Assembly: GCA_030141605.1 (NCBI GenBank)
Contig: JAQGDQ010000002.1
Location: 2,542,001 to 2,606,000 of the forward strand
Reading direction: 5' to 3'
From: Tubiluchus corallicola
Lineage: Eukaryota; Animalia; Priapulida
DNA length: 64,000 nucleotides
Part shown: positions 11,301-25,489 of the stretch, piece after piece
How the letters are laid out: each line of letters begins with the position of its first letter
Position numbering within the stretch: the first letter of the stretch is position 1
The notes under the pieces: model-generated
What the model was told of the DNA's origin: nothing
Databases searched by the model: none
The model's input: only the letters and a program-made list of their open reading frames with translations
Made by a program: the position numbers and the translations under genes

Positions 11301-14300
11301 GTAACTTCATTTTAAGAAATTGTGGTTGTCATGGTAACCAGTTCACTCTTACCTTGATTAGTTGCCGCTAAAAGACTGGCAAGACTGGACAAACTCAAGT
11401 TTGACAAATCAGCTGAAGGAGTAGACTGCTGAGGTGTGTTGAGACTTGCTAAACCTTGTATACCTGAAACAGAATTTTGTGAAAAAAACAAACAAACATA
11501 AATGTACTAGTTTTATGTTACCTTAATTGGATTACAACTAAAAGATGAAATTATTTATGGATTACAGTGAAAAGCATAAGAAAAGAATCATTTCAAGAAT
11601 AATAATAAAGCCTCTTTTGGTCAAGTTACCACTCAGATTATGCACAGAAAGGATGCTTTATAGTATACACCTTTATCATCATTTAATCCACTGTTACATA
11701 AAAGGAAAGAATATCTCACTAAACAAGAAAACTAATATAAAATGAGAACTTTCATATTTGTCATTAGTATACTTGATTCACAACATTGTCAAATTGAAAA
11801 ATGATATTTTACCAAATAAAAACACTTTCCGTAAGTGCGGGCTGCTTAAATTAATTCAAATTAATGCAATTTAACTAATGTTCATGCAAAAGTATCACAA
11901 ATTTTTTTGTTCAATTTGTTGTAAAAACTTGTTATACTTTTGACAGAAATTGACAATGCAATGCTTTTCTTCAGTCGATGAAAGTCATCACTGGTAGAAG
12001 AATGGGCGTTCAAAAGGGAGCACCCAAGCGTGAAATGATCATGACTTTAAATTTATTTTACTAAATGCACGAGGTACTTATTACGCTTCTATTACTCAAT
12101 TTCATGCCCATAGAAATAACCTTATCTTCCTAAAAGGCTTCACTTTTTTAAAAAAAATATTGCTTTTATAATTTTAGCATGTTGCTAAAAAACAGTCCTA
12201 TTGAAGTTGGTTAAATTAACAGCTGCATCTTTGTCAAACAATTTTGTTGGGGTGTAGATACACTAAATCCGAAGTCACTCATCAATGTAAAAAAAAACAT
12301 AAAATCAAAGCTTGAACTAAAGGACATAAACATGAAAAGATTTAGACTTAAATAGCCAATCTGGCAATTTTTTCGGGACTTTCAGATTTCACTCTCTCTG
12401 ATTCACTAAGTCATTTCCGAAATATGGTACTTGAGCTTAACATAAGTTACATAATAGGAGTTACGCTATAAGTGACTAGTACATTGCACACATTACAAGC
12501 TTCCTTACCTCCAGTATTTGTTGCACCTGTCAATGAGGCTAGCTGTGCTGCTAAATGTTGCATGCTGAGATTGTTCAGGTTCCCAGTCTGTCCTGCCAGG
12601 CCTCCTCCCTGAATAGTATTTAGTTGGTTACCAAGCTGACCATGCTGATTTGCTTGCTGCAACAACTTAACATATTAAAAACAAAAATGATAAGTGTGAT
12701 GATCTCATCAAGCCTGAAGCAGTGTTCTCAAATGATCTTCAAATTATAGTATATATCCCAAACAAGGACAAACATTTTGGTAATGTAAGGGAAAGTACTG
12801 GTAAAGCAGTGACTTTCCTTAACTAGTTTAGATTTTTACTAAGAAAATATTTTTTTGTGAAAATGTTCATGGATATAATGCTTGAGAGACGTTAGTGTTG
12901 CGACAGTAAGCTCTGTATGGAACTACATCCTACTTGAAAAGAAAAATAAGTAGAAAGGATGGTGACAAAGAAGCCTGCCATATAACCACCACAATTATGC
13001 AAACTATAGCTAAAGTGAGCTTTATAACTACTGTATGCAAACCACGCTTAAGATGTAAAATGCATCTGACAAGCTGCTATGTAAACAGCTTTTGTAACTA
13101 ATACTGCGGGTACATAAAATGAAAATCAAAGTCTGAATTTTCAAACCTAGAGGGCAAAACGAACTATGATAACAGTACCAAGCAACTGTTTGGAGATAAT
13201 CTGCCTACTTTTAGGAGAATGAAAACGTGTTGATAGGGCGCTCTTCATTTTCATAAGAGATGACCAGCCATTAAAATGGCTGCAAGTAGTCAGCCGGGGG
13301 CTTGAATGTTAAAATTGCACACAGCACTACAATGACATTACAATATAAACTCTTAAACTAGTTTTTTATCATGTCCTTTAAAGAACGATGCAAACTAGAG
13401 AAAAAACTCACCTAAACACCTTCTCCAACTGTTTTTTTTGTATTAAACTTTATTAAAAATTAAAGCAAGAAACTTTGATACGTATGTCAGACAATCAAGT
13501 TTTTTGTGAAAGGACAAAATCAATGCAAAAAAGGTACAAAAGAACAAGTGAGAATAAAAGGTGAGTGAAATGTGAGTTGTTGCAAGATACGCCTGGTTTA
13601 GGTGGCACTGGTCTTTGAAGAAACTGTTAGGGCAATTGCTTAAAAGAAGGAAAGTTAAAAATAAAGGTATATCCTTGAGTTTTGATCAAAATATGGTCAA
13701 ATGAAAGTAGGTGAGGTTTTTTTTCAGATATCATGTGGGTTAGTCATTATCACACATCATCGTTACCATCTTGGATCATTAGCAAAACTTTGATCTTCCA
13801 AGGACAGGTGGATACATAGTGAGCCACTAATTTCACCATCCTTTGCTAGATTCATACTGAAAGAACTAAGAACTAGCTACAGATTAAACTAATTAGATGC
13901 AATAGACAAATAGGCAGATGGATAGACAAACGTGCAACAAGAAATGGTTTATACAGTCTATAGGACCACAATTTTAGGCACAGAATGATACAAATTGGCT
14001 AAATCTAACTAGCACCAGCTGCATTTGACTGAGAAGTGACAAATGTAAACAGTGTAATATGTAATAAGGCACAAGATTTCAAACGTTTTGAGGTAACAAT
14101 TTTTACTTGTTACTCATGGCATTGAGTTATCATAAGCATTGTTGACTACTATTTTTAATATAACAAGCTGATTTTATAAAAAAAGAAATTCTGACTGCCC
14201 TTTTCACATAATTTGCAAAGTGCTGACACAAATCATTTTGTGATGATATTCGAAATGTGATTTTATGCTCTATTTTTAAATTGAGTTTAGCAAGACATGA

Positions 14301-16699
14301 CAAGCGATAACACTTACGGCGAGATATTGTGCGGGTGTCATTGCACCAACTCCTGCCAGGTTCTGCAAGCCCCACAAGCCAGAACTTTGTAACTGCTGTT
14401 GTAGCTTCTTCTGTTCTTTCTCTTTTTGTGTGTCAGCAAATTTTACCACTAGAGGTGAAGAACAGCCCTGAAAATAAACATAAACCAACATGTACTCAAA
14501 TTACCTTTAATAAAAAAAACATTTAACACAAGCATACCAGCAACTTTTCACGCACACACAGAAGTGAAATTGCACTCGAGTATAAGCAAAAACTAGTGAG
14601 CTATTTTCGTTGTTGGAATAATTGCAACACCTTGCGTCTAATTTGCTGCATTATAGTCTACTGCAGAAAACTAGACTTTTTCGATTACAACAACCCAATT
14701 GTGTTGTCAGTAAAACCCAGAAAAAATGATTCGGTCTTTATTCATCCCCAATGACCCTTAATAAATAATGCAACAGAAAAAACAAATCAAGTAACACCTG
14801 TGTGTGAAGAAAACACAAGATGAGGACAGCTGGTTGTGCCCTGGGGCTGCCTTTCTGTGCAATTCTGACTATCATGTTGGCAGCTAAAAATTATCACATT
14901 TTCAGTCAAATTATTGTATTTTTTACCAAATTGCCCAAAAACTCAAAATTACAATACATTGCAGTAAATTATTGTATAATTATGTACTTAAAATGTAACT
15001 ATAACACAAAACAGTGGCATTAACAAGTGTAAAATCAAATTTATGATAACAGTGAATTGTCGCTAATTTCTGCATAATCAGAATCAAACCTTATCTTTGT
15101 CGTCATGAGCAATCTTTTTTAAAACTGTTTTTCTTCAAGCAAGCGGGACCAGCACGCTTAGGACTACAATGAAATCAAAGTTTATTTACTTCCCACTGGT
15201 TTATCTTAGGTGCTTCGATTATGCAAAACAGCACCACTCATAATTTGATGCCATGTTATCCGATCTGCTGCCACATGCAGAGTATTCACGTCATTTAAGA
15301 TGAAGATGTTCTGAAGAAAGACTTATTAAATACTCCACTTGACTTAAATGACATGAAATGATTGGCAGTAACACGCTGCATGTTTTCAGTGTACAATTTT
15401 TTCACATTTTTGTCTTTTGTTTCTTATTACTAAATTATTACGTAAGTATCGTACGGTCTACTTTTTGGACGGCATGAAGTCTCATATTATTGTTTATTCC
15501 GACAATTATGGTATAAATGATAATACTGTCAAAGCTTTTGATGAGAATGACATAACTCAATGAAGACACCTGCAATGCTTCGACATATCAGCACAGAAAC
15601 ACATCAAGACATTACGGCACCTTAGTCTAATAGTTCAGCTCAGCTCATCTTTATTATGGGTTATAGTTGCTTATATGAGAAGCTCTACACAAAATTACTC
15701 GTGGTTTATTAAAAGCACTATTGCCTAGTGGCTCTATTGTTAATTAAATACATTTGTATAGCGATTATATCAAAGTGGGATATGCAACTGTAATACCTTT
15801 ACAGTCGCTAAAGAGTCATCTACATATGTAAAGAAATAATCTTTCATTATATGCTGGACTGAATGAACACTCATACTGTGGTACTTCACATCAAAGAATG
15901 TTCGCATCTTGACATTACTTCACAAAATTAACAAATATTACTGTAATTTACTTTAATGTATGTAAACTTAAGTTAAAATTTATATATTACCAGTAAATAA
16001 ACTAGCGACGGAGCACTCGATCAGAACATGGAAATCGCCAATGTTGTGCAGGTGTTGCCGCCTGTCGGCTTCTGCGGGAAGTTTTACACTGGCCTTGTAT
16101 ATGCGTGTTTTATTGGCAAAATATCAGCATACACGCGTATATAAAACACAACTACGCAGAGGAATTAATTTTAGTAAATTATTTTTGTTCTTCAAATGGG
16201 AATGTGATGAACCAAAAAAGTTAATTGCATCATTGTAAAATTAATACAGTTTACTTAAGTCGAAGTTCTGACATAGGCCTATATTCCTTTACCGTTTTTT
16301 TACTTGGCCTAGATCTACATATGCAAACACATGGAACTGTGACGTTTCAGGTATGGGTTTTTAGTTACGACTGAAATGTTACGACGGATCCTGGCCGCGA
16401 TATCCTAGGGTTAAAGGCATTACAAACAATTATGCATGATGAAAGGCCAGGCTGCATTATCATGGATTGCATTGAGGGCCCTCAGCACAATATATACATA
16501 TATTGTGGGCCCAGGTACTTACACGTATCTTACACACTAACACAGTAGGCTATTGATTTATTACTCGGCCATTGATGACATCATTTACTCTGGAAGATCT
16601 CAATATTTTATGGTTGACTTGTACAGAGGTAATATATAAAATGATGCAATTTTTGGTCTTAAAATGCACATCGCCTTGTACACACGGTATGCTTCCTTG

Positions 16700-16738
<39 letters not shown>

Positions 16739-19700
16739 TATCATTTATACGAACATAAAGGAGAATAAGAATTTTTAATAAAAAGTGGCCCAAAATCTAG
16801 CACCCTAGTTAGTTTACTGGTAAACAGGTTTACAGTTTACAACAGAAATGAAGTATTTACCTCCATTGTTATGGAATGATGCATTGACTTGATAGCATTG
16901 AGAGCCATCTGTCGAGAAGCGTAAGTAACAAAGGCGCATCCTGGAAAATCAAGTATTTGAAAAAGTTGTTATTATCTCGTTTTTGTGATTTTTATCAAAA
17001 AGTTGCAATTTTTATCATGAGCACAGAGTAAAACAGAACGGAACTAGAACAACAGAAAAAAACAGGAAACTATTCTTGTTTAAAGTTTCTTTAATTTTTA
17101 ATAAAAGTTTAGAGAGAGTGATACCAATCATTTGCCAAATTATTCATATCTTACCTTGAAAAGGCCAAATTTATAGTGTTTCTTAGCTAGGCATGACTTA
17201 AAAATCAACATTTTTGCAAATATATAATTTAATAGTCATGTAAAAGACATATTTCCACACAGCTGATACATTTATTACATATACCATGCACGTATAACAT
17301 GAAGTCATATATGGGCTCGATTAGGCTTCGCATTAAAACATGTAGTAAAAACACAATACTGATCACGGACTTATAACATACTGAGTAATAAGTGAACATG
17401 GTAATTTTTTTAATCTGTTGCAAATACGCATAGTAAATTATGTACCTTTACTAACGCCATCAGTGCCACGCAACACAGTACATTCTTCAATTGTTCCATA
17501 TGGAGCAAACATCAACCGTACATCCGTTTCGCCCATCTTCTTTGCAATCATGCCAATAAACAGTTTTCGATATTCTATACCTATAACAACAATAGTTATG
17601 CAGTTAGGACTTACATAGACTATAACTGGGGGTCACCATCGCGAGTGATAGACACCTAATGTTGTCATTCTTGCGTCACGTGTCTCCGATGAGTGTCAAG
17701 TGTTTAGACTATTGTGCAGCAAAAACAATGATCACATGCAAAAAATTTAGGCTTTTGATTGGGTAAAAGCTATCGGGGAAGCATGCCACTCTAAATTATG
17801 TAAGTTAAATTTCATCGGTATCATGGAAAGGTTTCATCGGTGTCATTCATCATGGTATCGTGTATGTTAAAACTATTGGCAAAGAATGCACAGTAGATTA
17901 TACAGGGAAAGCCTGTCGCTCACTTACTTTCATGAAAATTCATCGGAGATGTCCGACGCTGTAAATACATCTTAATTTAGCATTACAATTACAAGAAAAT
18001 TACGGGTACATATTAAGAACAATAAATTAACGAAGTGCACGCAGGGTTATCAATGGATTTACAAGTCTTGTATACCTCACATCACAATAATTTTCACCAA
18101 CATTAATTGACTTATGTCCATAACACTGACCATACACATTTATAATTATAAAACACACACGCATGCACGCACGCACACACACACACACATATGTACATAT
18201 ATATGTATACACATATGCATGCACACACAGCTGAGAATCATCTACAGTTCTTTAGCACAATAAACAGATCACATTCAGCCTGTTAGGAAACCATCTGACA
18301 ATGTACAGCATTCTAGAAGTGCATTTCAGCAGATGTCAAGGAAGCCAGCCAGAAGCAATCCTATGACAGCACAATCAATGCATGATGACTGCTGCATGAC
18401 AAATGGTCAGATAATGTATATATATATATATACATTATCTGATGGTATACATTTGATAATTTTATCTAACTTGATCATACGAGTAAATGATGCCACATAA
18501 AAACCAGAAACAGGCCTGCACATCACAAAAACAATAATTATTTCTGTTTCGTTTTACCACATTGACCTCAAAATGATACACCTTTCACTATATAAACATA
18601 TCCTAAATTTTTGACCACTTTTACTTTCCGTGAACATTCTGAATAATTAAGTTCCACATTTATAACCTGAGTTCAGCATTTGTGAATTTGGCCTTAAAAT
18701 TCATAAAATGACAAAAACTGAGATAAAACTAAAGAATTGTTTTCTAAATAGATAAATACTGTATAATGCCATGTAGCTACAAACACGAGCAGAAAGACTA
18801 TCAAAAGATATAATTAGAGCCCATATATACAAGTAGTTTAATGTACATGTGGCAATGGGGTCATGGTGTGCTTATAAACTGCTGGCCTCCTAGTAAATGA
18901 ATACCAGGAAAATGGCTCCTGCCCGAGCTGACTATCAATTTTTAAAAGGTGCTACCACTGAACACCAAGTATTGTGGCAAACTGTGAAAAATTTAGTTTT
19001 CGCTGAATAATTAAAGCTCAGATGTGAGTTATTTTGCATATGCATTAGTCCTAAGCTTTCTTGTTAAAATGGAATTAGGTGGAATTTTTCGTACAGTTTA
19101 GCACAGAATCTATTAAACGAACAAGGCTTTTTTAATGCAGTTGGTTATGGCAGGACCATTATCCAGGAAAATCTTCTCAGATGAGGCACTAAACAGCCAG
19201 AAGTGTAAGAAATGATGTGTAAGGAATGCCTATTATTCTTAACTTTATATGTAAACACTATTTTTATATTCAAGTGCAGTCTGCTCGACAGATTGTGAAA
19301 AAAAGCAGTGATCGTCAGGTTCAATACTTCTACGGGTGTGTTTCATTGACTATACTGTGAATGTTTCTGGCTGTTTATTTCAATGAGGGAAAATGTGTAT
19401 TCACATAGAAACATGGCTAAACTGCATCTACCTGTTCAGTGCCTCACCTTCACTTTAAGGATTAGTCTTGATAATGAGGCAGGCTTCACATTAAATAAGC
19501 TACGTCAATGAGTGCTAGATGTCAGTTTGCTCAACATAAAATTGTACAACAGATATGTAAAAAAATAAAGTTGCTTGTTATTCGGTACATCTATAAACTT
19601 ACAATCCACATGTACTACAAATAAGTATTGTAAAATTGACAACATGTGCAGAGAAATATGAGACATTATTCTTTATATAAACTCACAATTTTAAATTATT

Positions 19701-22619
19701 ATACCTGTCTTACTTTCATTGTGATCTGCAGGCTTCATTTGTATAGGATGGTGCATCTAAAACAAAAAAGATCATCTCTTAGAAATTTCGTATGGTAAAA
19801 CTAGCATTTGACACTTTGTCTATATAATGACTTAGTATACTTACAAACCTGCATTGAGATTATTCAGTAATCAAGTGCTGTTAAATTTCAGTGATGAACA
19901 CAATTTAATACCATTCAACAAACATTCTCTAAATTGATTAAAATGGCGAATAAGGAAGCTATCGCCTGATTTTTGGATTAAGTTCTGTCTGATAATTTCA
20001 GTGTTTTGTGGGCCTTTACATAATCGAAAATACAAATGTATCAACTGCCATTGTTTGATAAGCTTTTCAGATTTTGCAAGGAAATAACTTAAATCGTTAA
20101 GCCACAAAGGCTGCTGAAAGAAGTTCATAGGCTGGATTGAACCTGACTGATCAATAACAACTCTGGTTGTCTCATGGTTTTGACAGCTCTTACTAAATTC
20201 TACAGTGTCAAATATGACACCTGCTTCATTGATTAAGAAAGTTTCCTAGCTCACACTGTAATTGCAGGTACCAGTTGGTCAGGGTTGTCCTTGATCTTGT
20301 ATTGTGTATAATCTGAGTTGTCAAAATGATGTTAAGCATCAGCTTTCGGTCAAACTGCTTGTTTGATTCAAAAGTCAACTACTGACTTCTGTGGTTAGGT
20401 TACCCATCCTTCTTTTTATTTCCACTTGTTTTGCAAGTGGCAGAGAGGTACCACTTTAGTGTGGCATTTATAATCACTCTTATGCAGGGTGTTCTTATCT
20501 TTTGCTTTGTAGTGAAATGACCACAAGTTCCAACAAGACACTTAAGTTCACATAAGTTATTTAGGATTTTTGTTGTTTACTTTGAAGCATATAAAGTAAC
20601 TATATTTGTAACTGACTGGTAAACCTGTAATTTCAAAGAATTGCAAAGATAAAAAAATCATTAAACATGATTAAAGTTAACCAAACCTTTCAACGAGCTT
20701 ATAAATTTTTCTTTATTTTACATTTCTGTCAGCTTTTGGTTATTTATTGGCCTATAAGAAAGTAGTCAACATACCATTAAATGTAGTAGAGTCGTCGTAG
20801 GCCCTATGTTACCACCAACACGTTTCCAGTTCAGCTTACTAATTCAGTCTTTGTACATATACCAGTAATAAATATCTAGGTAGGGTTGTTGACTTTATCA
20901 GCAAGCTTAAACTTGTACTCAGTAATTTCCAAACACAATGTGTTAAGGTGGATGGAGGTAAATGTGGATATAAAAATTGAATGAAGACAATAAAAAGTGC
21001 CCCAAGATTTTTTCCAGCACCTGCAATGGCAGGAGAAAGAATGAATTGATAAAATTAAAACCATTATGTTTCGGATAGGCCAAGGATAAGCCAGATGACT
21101 AAATCTGCCTGTAATGACTTGGTAAATGTACATATTGTACACGCACACTATGTCCTAATGAACAGTTTTATCTAGAGGCCATCAAACATATGCATTGAAC
21201 GATTATTCCCACTGGAAATATGGCTGCTGTTATTAGATCTTGTTGAAGCCTTAGTTGCCCAAGAGCAGGGGCAAGTCAATAATGTAGTTACAGCATTCGG
21301 GATAACATCAACAGACACAGACAAGGCCAATATTCAAAACAGTATTACTGCACCTAAGATGCCAAAGTACTGGCCACACAAAAAAAAATCTGCAAAACTG
21401 TTGCAAGAAAGTAAAAAGTCCATCACTGTGATACCTCAGATTAAATTAAGCACGAGATGAACTACATTTTATATTAAGAAGTCATCCTCAAATAATAATT
21501 GCTAAATAGGCTTTATTAATTTAAAATATGTAATGGTTTAAAGGCTAAACAGTTTTATAGGCTGATTCAATATCTTATTATTGAGTCCTGCAGACTTTTA
21601 ATCAGGTCAAAAGAAGTCAGATCAAGCCTGATTCCTATTACAGTAAATACTGATGAATGAAAACATGTAGAAATATTGACGCATGTCATAAAAAAATATA
21701 CGATGGGATTTTTAATCAAAACTACAACTTTAATCAACCACAGAAATACTTTTGCAAAAAATTTTCTAACCTATGATGCCAGCAAAAACTGCAGAGTTTA
21801 TATTTTAGACCTTCACTTGACCGTCAAGGTTTGAAATGTTTTAGAAATGATACTTGCAAAGCAAACACAGACCTGCATTTATAGGTTATGCAAAAGGTAT
21901 GAAGAAGTCTTATAATAACTAAAAAAAGTAACAGTGCATCAATAGTTAGTTATTGTCTTCAAGGAAAAACTGATATTTACAAGTAAAGAAAACTAGAGAA
22001 GATTAGAAGTATAGAATGATTATTATAAGGTAGTTTCAGTAATAAGGCTAGCTATATAACGAAAAATACCAAACACTAACCCTGGTTCTTATATTCAACT
22101 AGTGAACTTATGAATGTTATCATTAAAATAATGACAAAAAAGCTCACCCCAGCCATAACCTTTATATTGTGAAGTGCATTCTGTGCTTCCAAAGCAGCCT
22201 TTCTTGTAAAGAATGTTACAAAACAGCAACCTTTTAAAAAAATATTAACAATACATTACAAACAAATGGAGACAAATTAATTATTCAGGCAAAATTTATT
22301 TATCAACTTATTCAGACAGTCTGTCTCATGTAATGCAATTGTGCATTCTGTGCACAGTATGCTTTGTTGGGCCATGCCACTACTATTATATTGTGATTTC
22401 ATTTCTTTTGATCACTTTGGTTTATACTTAACAGAAATACACATTTTCACCTTTGCTTTGATTGGTAGCTTTATCTCGTAATACATTGAGTTGATAGACA
22501 GGACCATACTCCTCAAACAGAGCCTTCAGATCTTTTTCCTCCATCGTTCTAGGAATTTGGCCAACAAACATTTTGATAGCATCCGCATCCGGACATGGCT
22601 CCTTCTTTGGCGAATTCAT
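5375..22619 (-). CDS. CELF2: CUGBP Elav-like family RNA-binding protein, CELF1/2 (bruno) subfamily; 15 coding exons, about 581 aa
   Basis: GT-AG exons in minus-strand order: 22451-22619, 22148-22230, 19705-19756, 17446-17580, 16861-16940, 14318-14467, 12509-12665, 11353-11463, 11033-11176, 10289-10348, 8050-8247, 7385-7447, 6966-7037, 6149-6292, 5375-5502. They sum to 1746 nt with consistent phases. RRM1 [14 protein letters not shown]...GCCFVTF, linker [14 protein letters not shown]2 RKLFIGM...GCAFVTY...[20 protein letters not shown]3 [16 protein letters not shown]...KCFGFVSYDN...[17 protein letters not shown]. These motifs fit CELF1/2 rather than CELF3-6; the symbol denotes a CELF1/CELF2 co-ortholog. 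Confidence 0.95.
9325..10100. repeat. Interspersed repeat with three diverged internal copies of an AACCAATCTC..TAAC.TATACCAT unit (non-autonomous DNA/Helitron-like element)
   Basis: The unit recurs at ~9332, ~9473 and ~9579 inside a CELF intron; no credible ORF. Family assignment is a guess. Confidence 0.45.
16702..16740. repeat. (TA)n microsatellite
   Basis: Directly visible. Confidence 0.9.
18153..18228. repeat. Compound (CA)n/(GCAC)n/(TA)n microsatellite
   Basis: Directly visible. Confidence 0.85.
18407..18442. repeat. Perfect 36-bp palindrome with a (TA)n core
   Basis: TCAGATAATGTATATATA|TATATATACATTATCTGA is its own reverse complement. Confidence 0.9.
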
Positions 22620-23356
22620 GGCCAAGTCTAAGTCTACCAAAAAAGATAAAATCAAACAAACACAAAGCCTGAGTTATACACTACATAATTTACCAATGGA
22701 AAAGTTCTTTAAACACACCACTGCAATCGTTAATGTAAACAATACCCAGTTTACATAGATAGAGATTTTTGCATTGGGTGCCAGGCTTAGATATAGATTA
22801 GTTTAAGACATGAAAAATTTTTTCCTTTCTTTAAATTCTAGTAATCTGCATGTGATTACCCACTAGCAAATCACTGAATTCATCAATTGGTGTTAAATAT
22901 AGTGCAATATACAGATTTACTTGATAATTTGGCACTAAAGGTCTGAAACTATACTGTAGAGTAACAAACTAGCAGACCCACTTTGGAACAGTAGTAACAG
23001 TTATACGTACTGGCATACTGCATACAAATTTGGCAGAGACTGCTTTAGTGCTTAAGGTCAAGAAAAGGCTAGAAGAGAGGAAACTTTTCCAATCCCAAAA
23101 GACAACTAACTCATCAAAGGTTGTTTTATTTCTACTTTAGAGTTTACGAACTGACTCTGCCCATGCCCATGCCCATACCTTCATCGAAGTAACACTGAGG
23201 TTCAATAAAGGATATATGTAGCAGCAAAAAAGAAAGCAAAAATTGTTAAGCCTCTACAGACTATAATTGTTTTGTGATGACGGAAACGGTTCTGTGGTCG
23301 CCAAAACGAAAGTTGTTAACAGAATAAATGAAATTACTAAATCCAATGCTTTTCTA

Positions 23357-23383
23357 TACTACTACTACTACTACTACTACTAC
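23357..23383. repeat. (CTA)n microsatellite
   Basis: Directly visible. Confidence 0.9.
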
Positions 23384-25443
23384 AGACAATAAAAAAACAT
23401 GCACTCCCTATTCGAGTTTTAGGCATACAGTCAATTTCTGCAACTTTAAATGAACTAAGTGAGGACAAAAATGCTTGAAGTATTTTTAATACTTTTATTT
23501 TATATAGATTACTTATACACAAAAAAATTCATGCAGGAAGAATTCTAGGACAACCAGACAACAGAATTTTATGCTATGTAAGAGTTCTTAGAGGATCTGG
23601 GGTTAACATACATTTCACTAACAACAGTTGTAGTTAGCATAATTTCAAATTTTATGCCTAGGGTTTAGAAATTGTTGGCCGCAAATGCGGTAATATATCT
23701 CTAGTGGCATTTAACCGACAAGAACAATCTAGTCACACATTTGTAAATCTCGATTCTGTTTTTAATCATCATTTTACCTCTATTCTACATAAATGATTTG
23801 ATTGAGAGACGTGTGAAAGAAACTGCTGACTTTTTTTTTACCGAAGTCACAGATTTAAATAGCTTCGGAAATATACCAAAGGTGCAAAAATGGATTAGAC
23901 ACGGATTCTACCAGAAAACTTGAAGGATGCACATTTTGCAGTTCTACAACAAAACCAAGATATGAAAAATAAAACAAAAAAAACATCAAATGCTATAATG
24001 ACAGTTGTTGCAGTACAATGACAACATTACCAAACCGATATAAAAAATGTCAGTACTTAAATCTGTGCACAACTAGGCTTAGTCCCAACACCATCTTTCT
24101 TTTTAAAGTACAACTGACACAGGCTAGTAGCTACATTGCAATTCTAATTATGCGCATTATACGGTAATGTTTATCGCTTTAGTCACACATGCTGTAAAAT
24201 AAAAAAAATGAAAAAATCGCCAGTAACACAATTTCTAATGAGGAGCTTTAGCAACAGAAAATGGTATGGGTATTAAATGCATATTTCTTTTGCTAATTCA
24301 GAAAGCAAAGATTCCAATTTGTTACGCTTATTATATTTGTAACTTATTAAATAAAATAGTGACAAAACAAAACAAGACATCTAATATCATATACATCATA
24401 TGTGCGCACTAAAACACGAAATGAAACATAAATATGAAGGCAAACCAAACATCAAAGGCTCAGTTTTAAAAACTGCATGTTTTTATTTTACTTGCAAAAC
24501 ATACCCAGTTAAAAGAGAGCAGAATTAGGAACACCTACTTCCTGGGTTACGTACAGTATGTATAGGGCACATCTATAACTAGACGACGATTTTTAACTTT
24601 CCATGTGCCCCAAAAATGCAGACTTGAATTAATCATGCCAGCACATAGGTCCGGTATAATATATCATAAGTAAATATTGTCTAAAAAATTATCCTCACGC
24701 ATCATAACGTGAATTTTCAAGCGTTGTCGTTAGATTTTGCGCTACCCGCTAGACATGCCCTGCAACTAAAACATCGAATTTGCCAAACGTGTTTTTCAAG
24801 CCACGCATTTAGCGCACAAATCGTACAGCAGCTTGATCCCTATCAACAACACAACTGAAGAAAGTGCGTGCACTATTGTGGCATTCTAAATCCCATAATT
24901 ACTTATCTGTTGGAACCTGTTCGTTCAAAGTCCGTACTGAGAACGACTATCGAACAACTGCGCACTTATTAAAATTATCGTTTTTGTTTTCTCTTGTGCC
25001 CGTTATGTATTCACTTAGCTATGAATTACCGGTTGCAAATGTCCCAATATCATGACACCTAGCTATCAGCACGATTATGTAATTACGGTACTTCATGTAC
25101 ACATACGTTCACCAAATTCAAAACAGTTCGACAAGTGAATCAAAACGACAAATTTTATTGTTATTAAAGACCTGAATAGAATTCTCATAAAGGTAAAATT
25201 AAGCAAATGGGATAACCTATCACAAACCTACTGTAATATCTATAAAATAACTGTAAAAGACGCAGATAATTGTGTTAAGTTTCCGTTAAAATTACGAGAC
25301 AAATTTAAAATTTATAAACTTCGTAGAATTAAAAATCACAGAGTCGTATTCCACATAGTTGGGCTATCAAGATCGGGTTGAAATAATATAAATATACGAC
25401 TCATACGACACCAGCCAAAGAAGTAGAAATTAAATGAACTTAC

Positions 25444-25489
25444 AGCAATCTTCCTGCATTCTTTCAGTATATGGCACGTATGAATGCAT
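25444..25489 (-). CDS. Candidate alternative first coding exon of CELF (MHSYVPYTERMQEDC-)
   Basis: GCC-ATG at 25489, 46 nt (phase 1), then donor GTAAGT at 25443. Joined to the acceptor at 22633 it reads in frame as ...[14 protein letters not shown]. It sits in a locally CpG-richer region. Confidence 0.6.

Noticed and set aside
16000-16414. piggyBac-like MITE ending CTAGGGTTAA
   Set aside because: Only one terminus is visible; no matching left TIR or TTAA TSD was found.
20100-21400. Possible ancient LINE remnant in a CELF intron
   Set aside because: Only faint motif echoes, too degenerate to call without a profile search.
590-23540. Global enrichment of RBFOX UGCAUG motifs across CELF
   Set aside because: Roughly a dozen seen by eye, not clearly above chance for this base composition; needs a proper count.
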